Below are positions 43,295 through 52,352 of a DNA stretch of 64,000 bases, in pieces (the first letter of the stretch is position 1; each line of letters begins with the position of its first letter). The stretch lies in assembly GCF_049337375.1 (NCBI RefSeq), contig NZ_JBMPIV010000001.1; one strand, written 5' to 3'. The position numbers and the translations under genes are program-made. The notes under the pieces were generated by a model, which saw only the letters and a program-made list of their open reading frames with translations, did not search any database and was not told the origin of the DNA. The stretch is from Nannocystis pusilla. GTDB taxonomy: Bacteria; Myxococcota_A; Polyangia; Nannocystales; Nannocystaceae.

Positions 43295-44506
43295 TCAGCC
43301 GATGATCATGTCCTCGCGGCGGGCGACGCCCCCGGCGGCGAAGCGACCCGGGGACCAGCGCGCCAGCATCGGGTGGGCCTCGCCGAGGGCGAGCCAGCGC
43401 GCGAGCAGCCGACCCACCGCGGGCGCCATCATGAAGCCGTGCCCGGTGAAGCCGCACACCTGGATGAAGTCGGGGTGGCCGGGGCTGGGGCCGACGATCG
43501 CGTCGCCGTCGGGCGAGACGTCGTAAGGACCGACCCACTGCCGCAGGACCTTCATCGCCGCGGTGATCGGCATCAGGCGCGTGAGCGTGGCGCTGAGGTG
43601 GGTGAGGAAGCTGAGGCTGGAGTGGAGGGTGAGGCTCTCGTCGCTGCCGTCGGGCGCGTCGGGCAGGCTGATGCCGGTGACGAGCTCGCCGCGGGTGCTC
43701 TGGGAGAAGTAGAGGCCGCTCGAGAGGTCGACGACCAGCGGATCGAGGAACGGCTTGAGCGGCTCGCTCGAGAGGATCTCGTGGCGGTGCGGGCGGTTGG
43801 GCAGGTCGATGCCGAGCTGGCGGTTGAGCGCGCCCGACCACGCGCCGGTGGCGTTGACGACCCGGCGCGCGCGCACGACCTCGCCGGTGTGCAGGTGCAG
43901 CGCGAAGCCCTGGGCCAGCGGCTCGACGCGGACGACGCTGGTGTGCGTGCGCAGGACGACGCCGCGCTCGACGGCCTTGGCGGCGTAGCCCCACACGAAG
44001 GCCCACGGGAACACGACGCCGTCTTCGGGGTTGAAGGTGGCGAGCCGGACCTCGGCGACGTCGAGCTGGGGGACGATCGCCTGCGCCTCGGCGGCGGTGA
44101 GCAGGCGGGTCGGCGCCCCGACCTCGCCGTGCAGCTGGACGTTGCGCTCGAGCCGACGCTCGCCGGCCTCGGTGCGGGCGAGGAACAGGTAGCCGCCCTG
44201 GCGGAACCACAAGTTGATGCCGAGCTGCTGCGCGAGGTCCTTGCACAGCTCGATGCTGTCCATCATCAGGCGGACGTTGCCGGCGTCGCCCCACTGCATG
44301 CGCACGCCGCCGCCGTTGCGGCCGGAGGCGCCGCTGACGAGGTAGCTGCGCTCGATGACGGCGACCGACAGCGGCGGCTTGCCCTTGCCGCCCGACAGCA
44401 GGGCCAGGTGGTAGGCGAGGCCCAGGCCCATGATGCCGCCGCCGATCACCGCGACGTCGACGTCGGCCGGCAGCGGGGTGTCGGCGCGGCCCATCGCGAC
44501 GGTCAT
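43295..44506 (-). CDS. FAD-dependent oxidoreductase (HcnC / opine-oxidase β / sarcosine-oxidase β-like subunit)
   Basis: DVAVIGGGIMG dinucleotide-binding motif. DAO-family body. Overlaps the upstream [2Fe-2S] gene as ATGA. Confidence 0.75.
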   Translation of the reverse strand: MTVAMGRADTPLPADVDVAVIGGGIMGLGLAYHLALLSGGKGKPPLSVAVIERSYLVSGASGRNGGGVRMQWGDAGNVRLMMDSIELCKDLAQQLGINLWFRQGGYLFLARTEAGERRLERNVQLHGEVGAPTRLLTAAEAQAIVPQLDVAEVRLATFNPEDGVVFPWAFVWGYAAKAVERGVVLRTHTSVVRVEPLAQGFALHLHTGEVVRARRVVNATGAWSGALNRQLGIDLPNRPHRHEILSSEPLKPFLDPLVVDLSSGLYFSQSTRGELVTGISLPDAPDGSDESLTLHSSLSFLTHLSATLTRLMPITAAMKVLRQWVGPYDVSPDGDAIVGPSPGHPDFIQVCGFTGHGFMMAPAVGRLLARWLALGEAHPMLARWSPGRFAAGGVARREDMIIG

Positions 44507-44796
44507 GGCGACGGCTCCTCCGGGTGGTCGGTCGCGCCGGCCGCGAGGGCGCCGAAGGTGACGGGCTCGACCGGCGGGCGGGCGGTGAACGGGCGCAGGG
44601 CGGCGGGCGCGATGAGGTTGCGGGCGACGAGCAGCCGCCCCAGCGCCGACAGGCACTCCTTGCCCTGGCACGGCCCGGTGCCGAGGCCGGTGTAGCGCTT
44701 GATCTCCTCGACGTCGGTCAGACCGGCGGCGATGGCCCGCTCGATCTCCGTCAGAGTGACGTCCTCGCAGCGACAGACGAAGGTGCGCGCGGTCAT
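44503..44796 (-). CDS. (2Fe-2S)-binding BFD-like small subunit (HcnA-like)
   Basis: 97 aa with C.C...C...C spacing (CRCEDVT...GTGPCQGKEC) typical of BFD-like [2Fe-2S] domains. Confidence 0.65.
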   Translation of the reverse strand: MTARTFVCRCEDVTLTEIERAIAAGLTDVEEIKRYTGLGTGPCQGKECLSALGRLLVARNLIAPAALRPFTARPPVEPVTFGALAAGATDHPEEPSP

Positions 44797-45308
44797 GGCA
44801 GGCCTCGCGGGGGCAGAAGAGAGGGCGACGGCGTCCGGGGAGGCGAGAGCCGATGAGATGTCCGCAAGGACAGGTCGCGGGCACCTGGCCCGGGGGACAG
44901 GCGAGCGGGCTCGGCCGTCGCGGGCTCGGCGAGCTCGGCGGTGGACGACGAGGGCTCCGAGCCTGTGAGCTCGGCCGTCGCGGACCGGGCGAGCTCGGCG
45001 GGGGAAGACGAGGGCTCCGGGCCTGTGAGCTCGGCCGTCGCGGACTGGGCGGGCTCGGCGGTGGAAGACGAGGGCTCCGGGCCTGTGAGCTCGGCCGTCG
45101 CGGACTGGGCGGGCTCGGCGGTGAACGACGATGGCTCGGCGGTCGGGCCTGTGAGCTCGGCCGTCGCGGGCTGTGCGGTGGACGGCTCGCTAGCGGTCGC
45201 GCCTGCGAGCTGGGCGGCGAGCTCGGCCGTTGCCGACGACTCGCGCGCGGGAGCGGCCGGGCCTGTCCCGGGGGACAGCTCGCGGGCGCGGGGTTCAGGC
45301 GCGGGCAT
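44793..45308 (-). CDS. putative acidic Ser/Pro/Thr-rich protein with 4.5 tandem 20-aa repeats (TAELTGPEPSSSTAEPAQSA)
   Basis: Minus-strand frame over the 60-bp tandem repeat has very high GC3. ATGA-coupled to the downstream hcnA-like start. Overlaps the upstream ooxA-like stop by 14 nt. Could alternatively be a non-coding repeat. Confidence 0.3.
   Translation of the reverse strand: MPAPEPRARELSPGTGPAAPARESSATAELAAQLAGATASEPSTAQPATAELTGPTAEPSSFTAEPAQSATAELTGPEPSSSTAEPAQSATAELTGPEPSSSPAELARSATAELTGSEPSSSTAELAEPATAEPARLSPGPGARDLSLRTSHRLSPPRTPSPSLLPPRGLP
44901..45180. repeat. 60-bp tandem direct repeat, ~4.5 copies
   Basis: gagctcggcggtggaMgacgagggctccgRgcctgtgagctcggccgtcgcggacYgggc repeated head-to-tail from ~44901 to 45180. 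Flanked by ctgtccc-gg-gggacag inverted repeats at 44886-44902 and 45263-45280. Confidence 0.8.
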
Positions 45309-46632
45309 GGCTGTCCTTCGGGTCAGGTGACTCGGCGAGCGCGCGCACCAGGGCGGCGGCGCAGCGGTCGACGGTGCCGCGGATCTCAGCGGGCGTGGTG
45401 GCGCCGGCCAGCTCGCCGACGGCCCACAGCGTCCACGGCGGGGGCGGGGCGGTCTGGGCGCCTTCGGCCTCGAGCGGGTGCGCGGCCGGGCCGGCGGCGA
45501 TCCGGCCGTCGGCGTCGACGACGGGGGCGAAGCCGGCCCCGGTGAAGTGGATCGGGGCGCCGGCCTGGGCGGCCAGCTCGAAGGCGGGGGCGGGGTCGGG
45601 GGCGAGGGCGACGAGGTCGCAGCGGAGGATCTTGCCGTCCTCGAGCTGGACGCCCTTGACCCGGCGCGCGCCGATCAGCTTGCGCACGCGTGCCGGCGGG
45701 ACCCGCTCGGCGGCGAGGGTGCTAGCGAGCAGCTCGGCGCGGGCGCCCTCGCCGATGACGACGACGCGCGCGCTCGACTTGCGACCTGTCTGTTCGAGCA
45801 TGTCCGCGAGGCCACGTGCGGACACGACCCCGGGGAGGTCGTTGTTGGCCAGCGGGATGGTCGGCTCGTGGGCGCCGACGGCCAGGACGACGTGGCGCGG
45901 GCGCAGGCGATGGAGCACCGGCGGCTGCTCGGAGGCGGCGGCCCACAGCCGCTCCTGCGGGTAGCAGGCGAACACGCCGACGCCGGCGAGGAGCCGCGCC
46001 GGGAGGTCGCTGCCGCCGAGGGCGGCGGCGGGGCGGCGCTCGACGACCAGCGGCGGGTGGCCGGCGGCGGTCAGGGCGGCCGCGAGCGCGCGGCCGGAGC
46101 GACCTGCCCCGATGACCAGGACCTCGGGGGCATGGTCGACGACGGCGGCGACGTCTTCGGGCGGCGCGTCGGGCAGCTCGCCGAAGCCGGCCAGCTCGCG
46201 GGCGACGCCCTGCATCATCTGGTTGGCGATCCGCGGGTAGACGACGAGGTGGTGGTGATCGATGCCGCGGCGGAACACCTGGTCGACGAGGGCGGTCGGG
46301 TCGAGGCCGCCGTAGGTGTTCTGCGGCTCGACGCACATGTCCTCGCGGACAGGCGTGAGGCAGGCCCGCTGGTTGGGCCGGCCGTCGACGCGCACGAGGC
46401 AGGTGCCGCAGCCGCCGTGCAGGCAGGCGGGGCCGCGCAGCCGGCGGTACTTGGCGCTACGGCTGGTGGCGAGCTCGCCGGCGGCGATCAGCGCGGAGGC
46501 GACGGTGTCGCCGGGACAGGCGGCGACCGGGGCGCCGTCCCAGCGGAAGGAGATCGTCGGGGGCCCGGGCGGTGCGAGCAGGGGTGCCTTGGGCACGCGC
46601 CTGCGATAGCACGCCGCGCCGCGCGGGGACAT
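45295..46632 (-). CDS. FAD/NAD(P)-binding oxidoreductase with N-terminal [2Fe-2S] domain (HcnB / opine-oxidase α-like subunit)
   Basis: N-terminal Fer2_4-like CPGDTVASAL...CLHGGCGTC. Pyridine-nucleotide-disulfide oxidoreductase motif VLVIGAGRSG. Confidence 0.75.
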   Translation of the reverse strand: MSPRGAACYRRRVPKAPLLAPPGPPTISFRWDGAPVAACPGDTVASALIAAGELATSRSAKYRRLRGPACLHGGCGTCLVRVDGRPNQRACLTPVREDMCVEPQNTYGGLDPTALVDQVFRRGIDHHHLVVYPRIANQMMQGVARELAGFGELPDAPPEDVAAVVDHAPEVLVIGAGRSGRALAAALTAAGHPPLVVERRPAAALGGSDLPARLLAGVGVFACYPQERLWAAASEQPPVLHRLRPRHVVLAVGAHEPTIPLANNDLPGVVSARGLADMLEQTGRKSSARVVVIGEGARAELLASTLAAERVPPARVRKLIGARRVKGVQLEDGKILRCDLVALAPDPAPAFELAAQAGAPIHFTGAGFAPVVDADGRIAAGPAAHPLEAEGAQTAPPPPWTLWAVGELAGATTPAEIRGTVDRCAAALVRALAESPDPKDSHARA

Positions 46633-46941
46633 GGGCGCCCGCGGGCGCGCCGCTTGCCCTCGGTCACGAGCCCTGGCGGGGCGCGAGATTCCCGACGCGG
46701 TCGAACTTCATCACCCGAGCGGTGCGTGGTCGAAGTCGCGGCGCGAGGCGGCCAGCGGATCGGGGGCGGCGCGGCTCGGTCGACGCGGGGCGAAATCACT
46801 TCACGGCGGGCTGAACGGCCGCGGATGGCCTGGCGGCGAGGAGCACGGGTGGCGGGCTGAACGGTCGCGGCGACGCGGGCCTGGCAGGGTCGCGGACGGC
46901 GAGGAACCTCGTGCGACGGGTCGAGGCTCTCGTCGCGCTCG

Positions 46942-47673
46942 TCAGGCGCGCGCCGGTCGGGCGCCGAAGATGGCGGTGCCGACCCGGACCATGGTCGCGC
47001 CCTCTTCGATCGCGACCTCGAAGTCGGCGCTCATGCCCATGGAGAGGTGGACCAGCTCGACGCCGGGGCGCGCGATCGCGGCTTCACGGCGCAGCAGCTC
47101 GCGCAGGCGGGCGAAGTACGGGCGAGTCTGCTCCGGCTCGCCTTCGGGGGGGATCGCCATGAGGCCGACGCAGCGCAGCTGGGGACGGGCGGCGATCTGG
47201 TCGAGCAGCGCGGGCAGGTCGGTGGTGGCGACGCCGGCCTTCTGGGCCTCGTCGCCGACGTTGACCTCGACGAGCAGCTCGAGCGGGGTGGTGGCGCCTC
47301 GACCCGCGCGCAGGCGCTCGACCTCGCGGGCGAGCTCGTCGACGAGCCCCGGGCGATCGACGGTGTGGACGAGGGCGCCGACGGCGACGACCTTGCGCAC
47401 CTTGTTGGTCTGCAGCGGGCCGATGAAGTGCCAGCGCGGCGGGGTGACCTCCGCCGCGACGAGCTCGGCCTTGGCCACCAGCTCCTGGGCGTAGTTCTCG
47501 CCGAGGTCGCCGAGGCCGGCCCGGCAGGCGGCGATCACGGCCTCGGCGGGCTGCTTCTTGCTGACGCCGATGAGGGTGGGCACGGGGCCGGGGCCGCGGC
47601 GGGCGACGGCGGCAGCGATCCGGGCGCGGACGGCGGCGAGGTTGGCGGCGATGTCGTCTGGCGTCAAGGACAT
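46942..47673 (-). CDS. yggS: YggS-family pyridoxal-phosphate homeostasis protein
   Basis: Ala-racemase N-domain fold. LIGVSKKQ (PLP Lys) and HFIGPLQTNK motifs. 243 aa. Confidence 0.85.
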   Translation of the reverse strand: MSLTPDDIAANLAAVRARIAAAVARRGPGPVPTLIGVSKKQPAEAVIAACRAGLGDLGENYAQELVAKAELVAAEVTPPRWHFIGPLQTNKVRKVVAVGALVHTVDRPGLVDELAREVERLRAGRGATTPLELLVEVNVGDEAQKAGVATTDLPALLDQIAARPQLRCVGLMAIPPEGEPEQTRPYFARLRELLRREAAIARPGVELVHLSMGMSADFEVAIEEGATMVRVGTAIFGARPARA

Positions 47674-47726
47674 GTTCTAAAGGGCCTGCGCGAAGAGACA
47701 GGCAGAGTCGGCGTCGAGGGGCGGGG

Positions 47727-48740
47727 TCACTGCGGCAGGCAGGCGCTCGGGGCGGCGGCGCCGGCGAAGGTCGGGCCCATGTCGCGGTAGGTGTGGGCGC
47801 GCCAGAAGTCGCGCGGGTCCTCGGCGAGCTGGAGGGTGCGGTCGTCGCCGCTGCCGCTGACGAGGATCGCGGTCTCGAGTCCGTCGTGGCGCAGCGGGAA
47901 CGACAGGGCCAGGCGATCGCCGCGCTGGCGGTAGGTCAGGGTCTCGGTGGTCCACTCGTCGTAGTCGCCGCGGTGGTGCCAGCCGACGCCGCGGCCGTCG
48001 ATCGCCTGCGGCTGGAGCTGGTAGATCGAGAAGCCCATGCCGCCGGTGGCGTAACGGACCTCCTCGCCCCACAGGCGCCCGCCGATCCGCTCGGCGGCGG
48101 CGAGGGGCGCGGGGGCACCTGGCTCTCGGGGCAGGTCGGCGGCGAGGAGCGCGGGCGCGGGGGTACCTGGCTCTCGGGGCAGGTCGGCGACGGCGGCGAG
48201 GGCACCCGTCACCCGCGACGAGTCGCCGGCGAAGGACCCGGGGGTGGAGGCTCCTGGCTTTTGGGGCAGGTCGCCGGCCGGGTCGAAGCAGGGCGCGCCG
48301 GTGGCGGCCGCCGGGGCCTTGAAGTAGCGGGCGCCGCCGGGCTCGCGCGGGTCGTCGTCGAGGACCAGCCAGGTGCGACCGCCCTGCTCCTCGAGGCGAT
48401 AGGGGACGCGGCGCCGCTCGCCGGTCTTGCGGAAGGTGAGCTCGAGGTGGCCGCCGTCGGCGCGGTAGTCGAAGCTGTGGGTGTTGGTGAGGCCGACCTT
48501 GCCGTAGCGGTAGAGGCCGAAGCCGCCCTCGTGGAAGAAGTAGAAGCGCATGCGGTCGCCCTCGGCGAGGGCGTCCCAGCGGTGCCAGACGCCCAGCAGG
48601 TCGGGGTCGACGGCGTCGGCGTCGCAGGTGTCCTCGGGGACAGGCTCGCCGGCGTCGGGCGCCCAGGCGGCGATGAACGGGGCCGACAGCGCGAGGACCG
48701 CGAGGAGGTAGACGCTCGAGAGGCAGAAGGGGCGCCGCAT
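47727..48740 (-). CDS. hypothetical secreted protein with internal LAADLPREPG(T/A)PAP duplication
   Basis: Signal peptide (MRRPFCLSSVYLLAVLALSAPFIAAWA). No recognisable domain. Start at ATG 48738-48740. Confidence 0.45.
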   Translation of the reverse strand: MRRPFCLSSVYLLAVLALSAPFIAAWAPDAGEPVPEDTCDADAVDPDLLGVWHRWDALAEGDRMRFYFFHEGGFGLYRYGKVGLTNTHSFDYRADGGHLELTFRKTGERRRVPYRLEEQGGRTWLVLDDDPREPGGARYFKAPAAATGAPCFDPAGDLPQKPGASTPGSFAGDSSRVTGALAAVADLPREPGTPAPALLAADLPREPGAPAPLAAAERIGGRLWGEEVRYATGGMGFSIYQLQPQAIDGRGVGWHHRGDYDEWTTETLTYRQRGDRLALSFPLRHDGLETAILVSGSGDDRTLQLAEDPRDFWRAHTYRDMGPTFAGAAAPSACLPQ

Positions 48741-49046
48741 GGCGAGATGGTAGCACGCACCGCCGCCGGGCCCGCCGGGCCGGGCCGGGCTCGCCGTCGC
48801 GGCCGGGGGCGCGTCGGACCGGGCGCCGGGCGTCGGGCGCGAGGGCTGCGCGAGCGAGGTGAAGCGCACGAACTCTCGGGCTCGCAAGGGACGCGGCGGC
48901 GACCTCGGGGCCGTCGCGCAGGCGTTCGCGTCGATGTCCGAAGGGGGCCTCGAGACGCGCACGTTTGTGACCGGGCCGAGCCTCGTCGCACCCGCGGGAG
49001 GGGCGGCGAGGTTGCGCGCGCGGTCGCTTTCCGGCAAAAGCCGGCC

Positions 49047-49646
49047 ATGACCGAGCTCGCCCCGCAGACCCCGCCTGTCCTCGTCCTCGCGTCGGCGTCG
49101 CCGCGGCGGGCCGAACTGCTGCGCTCGGCGGGGATCGCGTGTACGCGCGCGCCGGTCGACGCCGACGAGACGTGGCTGCCCGGCGAGCCGCCGCCGGTGT
49201 ACGTCGAGCGGGTGGCGCGGGCCAAGGCCGACCTGGCCTTGCGGCCAGGTGCGGTGGTGCTGGCGGCCGACACCACGGTCTGGCTCGAAGGACAGGTCGA
49301 ACCGCTGGCGAAGGCGGCCGACCGCGCGGAGGCGGCGGCGATGCTGACGCGGCTGGCGGGCCGCTCCCACTTCACGACGACGGCGGTGGCGATCGCGGAC
49401 CTCCGCGGGTCCCAGGTCCGCTGGCACCCGTTCGCGGTGACGACGACGGTGTGGTTCCGGCCGCTGACGCCGGCGCAGATCGATCATTACCTCGACACGG
49501 AGGAGTGGCGCGACAAGGCCGGGGCCTACGGGATCCAGGGCGCCGCGGCCGGGCTGGTGCGCAAGATCGAGGGTAGCTACACGAACGTGGTCGGTCTGCC
49601 GCTCGCGGAGGTGGTGGAGCTGCTGGAGTCGCTCGGGGTCGCCTGA
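49047..49646 (+). CDS. maf: Maf-like nucleoside-triphosphate pyrophosphatase / septum-formation protein
   Basis: LVLASASPRRAELL, ADTTV, GLPL motifs. 199 aa. Confidence 0.8.
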   Translation: MTELAPQTPPVLVLASASPRRAELLRSAGIACTRAPVDADETWLPGEPPPVYVERVARAKADLALRPGAVVLAADTTVWLEGQVEPLAKAADRAEAAAMLTRLAGRSHFTTTAVAIADLRGSQVRWHPFAVTTTVWFRPLTPAQIDHYLDTEEWRDKAGAYGIQGAAAGLVRKIEGSYTNVVGLPLAEVVELLESLGVA

Positions 49647-49724
49647 GCGAGGCGTGCGGACGGCACGCGCCCGCAGACGAGGGGAACGGCCAGGCTGAAC
49701 GGTCGCTGCGGGCGTGCGGGCGGT

Positions 49725-49790
49725 CCGACGAACAGGTGTCCTCGAGGACAGGTGCGCGAGGACATGGCCGATGGGGCAGGTGTCAACCCT
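49725..49790. repeat. GACAGGTG/GGACATGG half-site cluster (GGACATGTCC family) in a convergent spacer
   Basis: gaacaggtgtcctcgaggacaggtgcgcgaggacatggccgatggggcaggtgtcaacc between the maf stop and the lipoprotein stop. Confidence 0.55.
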
Positions 49791-51015
49791 CGGGCGCGCC
49801 GAGCTTGTCGCCGACCTCGCACAGGAAGTGCGGGCTGCTCGCGCCTGTGTTCAACGCGAAGTAGCCGGTCAGGACGGGCGGCTGGACCTGAAGGTTCCAG
49901 TCATAGAGGAGCGAGCAGCCGGCGCAGTTGCCTGTGCCCGGCTGGCCGATGAAGATCTTGTCGGTGACCCAGTAGGGCATTACGACGTCGGGGGCCTGCG
50001 GATCGGGCTTCGCGGCCCACTGCGGGCAGTCCTCGCTGTTGAGCGGCTTGCTCTCGCAGCTGAGGCCGGGAGTGACCGGATAGATGCCCATGATCGACAG
50101 GTAGCCGGCGGCGTCGCTGTCGGCGGCGACGGTCGGGGGATAGTCGCCGTTGACGTGGACCGGGGCGAACTCGGCGGCGCTCGCGGCGGTGACCGCGGCC
50201 CGCAGGTGCTGCTGGGTGCGCGGGGAGAACAGGCGCAGGCCCCATGAGGCGCACTTTTCCTCGGCTTGCGCCGCGGTGAGCGGCTCGCCGATGAACTTGT
50301 CCGGCTCCGGCGGGTTCGGGACCAGCGTGCCCGAGGCGTACTTCAAAAAAGTGTAGCCGCCGCCGTCGGCCTGCATGTCGCACCAGACGGTCAGCTGCCT
50401 GTCCAGACGACGGATCGAGTAGAGGCCGGTCTCGGCCGCGTCGCCCCAGCCGGTCCGGATGTCGAGGCACGAGGTCGCCTGCGTGCAGTCGGGGAGGCAG
50501 CCGTACATCGGCTCGGGGTCGTCGCAGACCTCGCCGTCGGCCGCCTGCAACGTGCCGTCGCCGCAGTGGGGGGAGAAGTCCTTGCAGTACTTGCCGCAGT
50601 GGCCGTAGGTGCCGTTCTTGCCCTTGCCGTCGTCGCAGACTTCGTCGCCGGTCTCGATCAGGCCGTCGCCGCAGATGTTCCAGCGGCACGAAGAGGTGCA
50701 CGTGCGATCGTCGCCGTTGGCGTCGCCCTCGTCGCACTGCTCGGGCACGTCGATCTTGCCGTTGCCGCACGGCGCGGGCGTCGGGTCGCCGGTCGAGCCG
50801 CTGTCGCCGTCGCTGCCGCCCGGATCGACGGTGGTGGTCATGATGCCGGGAAAAGTGGTGCCGCTGCTGCTGCCGTCGCCGCCGCCGGTCGACGCCTCGA
50901 CCGCGGTCGGATCGATCTGCCCGCCGTTGCGATCGAGACAGCCCGCCAGCATCAGAGCAACAGCGACGCGCCAGTCGACGCCCACCCGGATGCGAAGAGG
51001 GATGCGTGCGTGCAT
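49783..51015 (-). CDS. lipoprotein with Myxococcus-type cysteine-rich repeats and a possible fibrinogen-like C-terminal domain
   Basis: LMLAGC lipobox. Three or more CGNG/CGDG...CDDG units (TIGR02232-like). WCDMQADGGGYTFLKY resembles the fibrinogen C-terminal motif. Confidence 0.55.
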   Translation of the reverse strand: MHARIPLRIRVGVDWRVAVALMLAGCLDRNGGQIDPTAVEASTGGGDGSSSGTTFPGIMTTTVDPGGSDGDSGSTGDPTPAPCGNGKIDVPEQCDEGDANGDDRTCTSSCRWNICGDGLIETGDEVCDDGKGKNGTYGHCGKYCKDFSPHCGDGTLQAADGEVCDDPEPMYGCLPDCTQATSCLDIRTGWGDAAETGLYSIRRLDRQLTVWCDMQADGGGYTFLKYASGTLVPNPPEPDKFIGEPLTAAQAEEKCASWGLRLFSPRTQQHLRAAVTAASAAEFAPVHVNGDYPPTVAADSDAAGYLSIMGIYPVTPGLSCESKPLNSEDCPQWAAKPDPQAPDVVMPYWVTDKIFIGQPGTGNCAGCSLLYDWNLQVQPPVLTGYFALNTGASSPHFLCEVGDKLGAPEG

Positions 51016-51145
51016 GCGACTCGTTCCCGCTGCCGCTGAGGGAACAATGGGAGCGGGCAAATTGCAACGTTGCACACGCAACCACCCGGCGCCGGCCTCG
51101 GCCGCGCGATTGACTAAAGTGCAAGCTGGATTACAAAGCTTGCAG

Positions 51146-52345
51146 TCACTCGCTCGGCGCGGTGACCCGCTGCGGCTGCACGCGAGAGCTCCGCAGCATG
51201 TCCTGGAACGGGTTGTCGTCGCGCCAGACGTCGCCCGCGAGCATGCTGATGAGGCCGCGCCGCAGCTGGGGGTCGGGCGTGCGGGCGAAGAACAGGTGCG
51301 ACACGAGGCGCGTGTGGTAAAAGCGGCGGATCAGCTGCTCGAAGCTGTCGTAGGCGACCTGCATGGTGGCGTGGACCGGGGCCATGAGATCGGCCGCGGC
51401 CTCGCGGCCCTCGGCGAGCGCCGGGACGAGGAGGTCGACGGTGCGCTCGGCGCCCAGCATCGCCAGCGAGACGCCCGACGAGAACACGGGGTCGAGGAAT
51501 GCGCAGGCGTCGCCGACGCAGGCCCAGCGCGGGCCGGAGGGGCGGGTGTTCTTGTAGCTCCAGTTGCGGATCGTCCGCGTGGCGCTGCGCGTGGCCCCGG
51601 CGGTGAGCCGGCGGCACAGCGGCGAGGCGGCCAGGGCGGCCTCGAAGGCGTCGTCGTCGAGCTTGCCCCGCCACTTCACGAGGCCGACGCTGAGCCGACC
51701 GCCGTGCATGGGGATGAGCCAGTGCCAGCCGTCCTCGACGATCAGCACCTTGATGTTGCCCTGCTCGCCGAGCTCGGCGCGGACCTCGGGCGAGAGATCG
51801 TCGAAGTGGCAGAAGACGGCGGCGCGCCCGAGCTCGTGCAGCGGGGCGATCGTGCGGGCGCCGCGGCCGAGCATGGCGTCCTGGCCGGTGCAGTCGAGGA
51901 GGAAGCGGGCCCGGTGCTCCTCGCGGTCGGTGACGACGCGGACGTGATCGGCGGCGAACTCGATGTCGCGCACGCGCTCGCCGAAGCGGATGTCGGCGCC
52001 GCGGCTCGTGGCGACGTCGCACAGCATGGTGTCGAAGGTGGCGCGGTCGACCTGCCAGGCGTGCGAGGGCGTGCCCTCGAGGCCGTCGGCGAAGCTGAAG
52101 AAGGCGAACTCGCCGGTGCGCTCGTCGATGAACTCGGCGCCCTGCTTGAACTGCCAGCGCGCGCGATCCATGGCGACGCCGAGGCGGGCGAAGATCGGCA
52201 GGTCGATCGGCAGCAGCGACTCGCCGATGTGGAAGCGCGGGAACACGTCCTTGTCGAGCGTGACGGCCCGGACGCCCGCCTGCGCGAGCAAGTTGGCGGC
52301 GGTCGATCCGGCCGGGCCGGCCCCGACGATCAGGACGTCGTGCAT
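51146..52345 (-). CDS. flavin-dependent halogenase-like FAD monooxygenase
   Basis: GAGPAGS FAD-binding motif. GWHWLIP (GWxWxIP) and FLDPVFSSGVS (FxxPxxSxG) motifs, both characteristic of flavin-dependent halogenases. Confidence 0.6.
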   Translation of the reverse strand: MHDVLIVGAGPAGSTAANLLAQAGVRAVTLDKDVFPRFHIGESLLPIDLPIFARLGVAMDRARWQFKQGAEFIDERTGEFAFFSFADGLEGTPSHAWQVDRATFDTMLCDVATSRGADIRFGERVRDIEFAADHVRVVTDREEHRARFLLDCTGQDAMLGRGARTIAPLHELGRAAVFCHFDDLSPEVRAELGEQGNIKVLIVEDGWHWLIPMHGGRLSVGLVKWRGKLDDDAFEAALAASPLCRRLTAGATRSATRTIRNWSYKNTRPSGPRWACVGDACAFLDPVFSSGVSLAMLGAERTVDLLVPALAEGREAAADLMAPVHATMQVAYDSFEQLIRRFYHTRLVSHLFFARTPDPQLRRGLISMLAGDVWRDDNPFQDMLRSSRVQPQRVTAPSE

Positions 52346-52352
52346 GACCGGG

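Noticed and set aside
44901-45180. 60-bp tandem repeat as a CRISPR or rRNA-like repeat
   Set aside because: Copies are contiguous head-to-tail with no spacers, and a high-GC3 reading frame runs through them. It is a minisatellite or repeat protein, not CRISPR.
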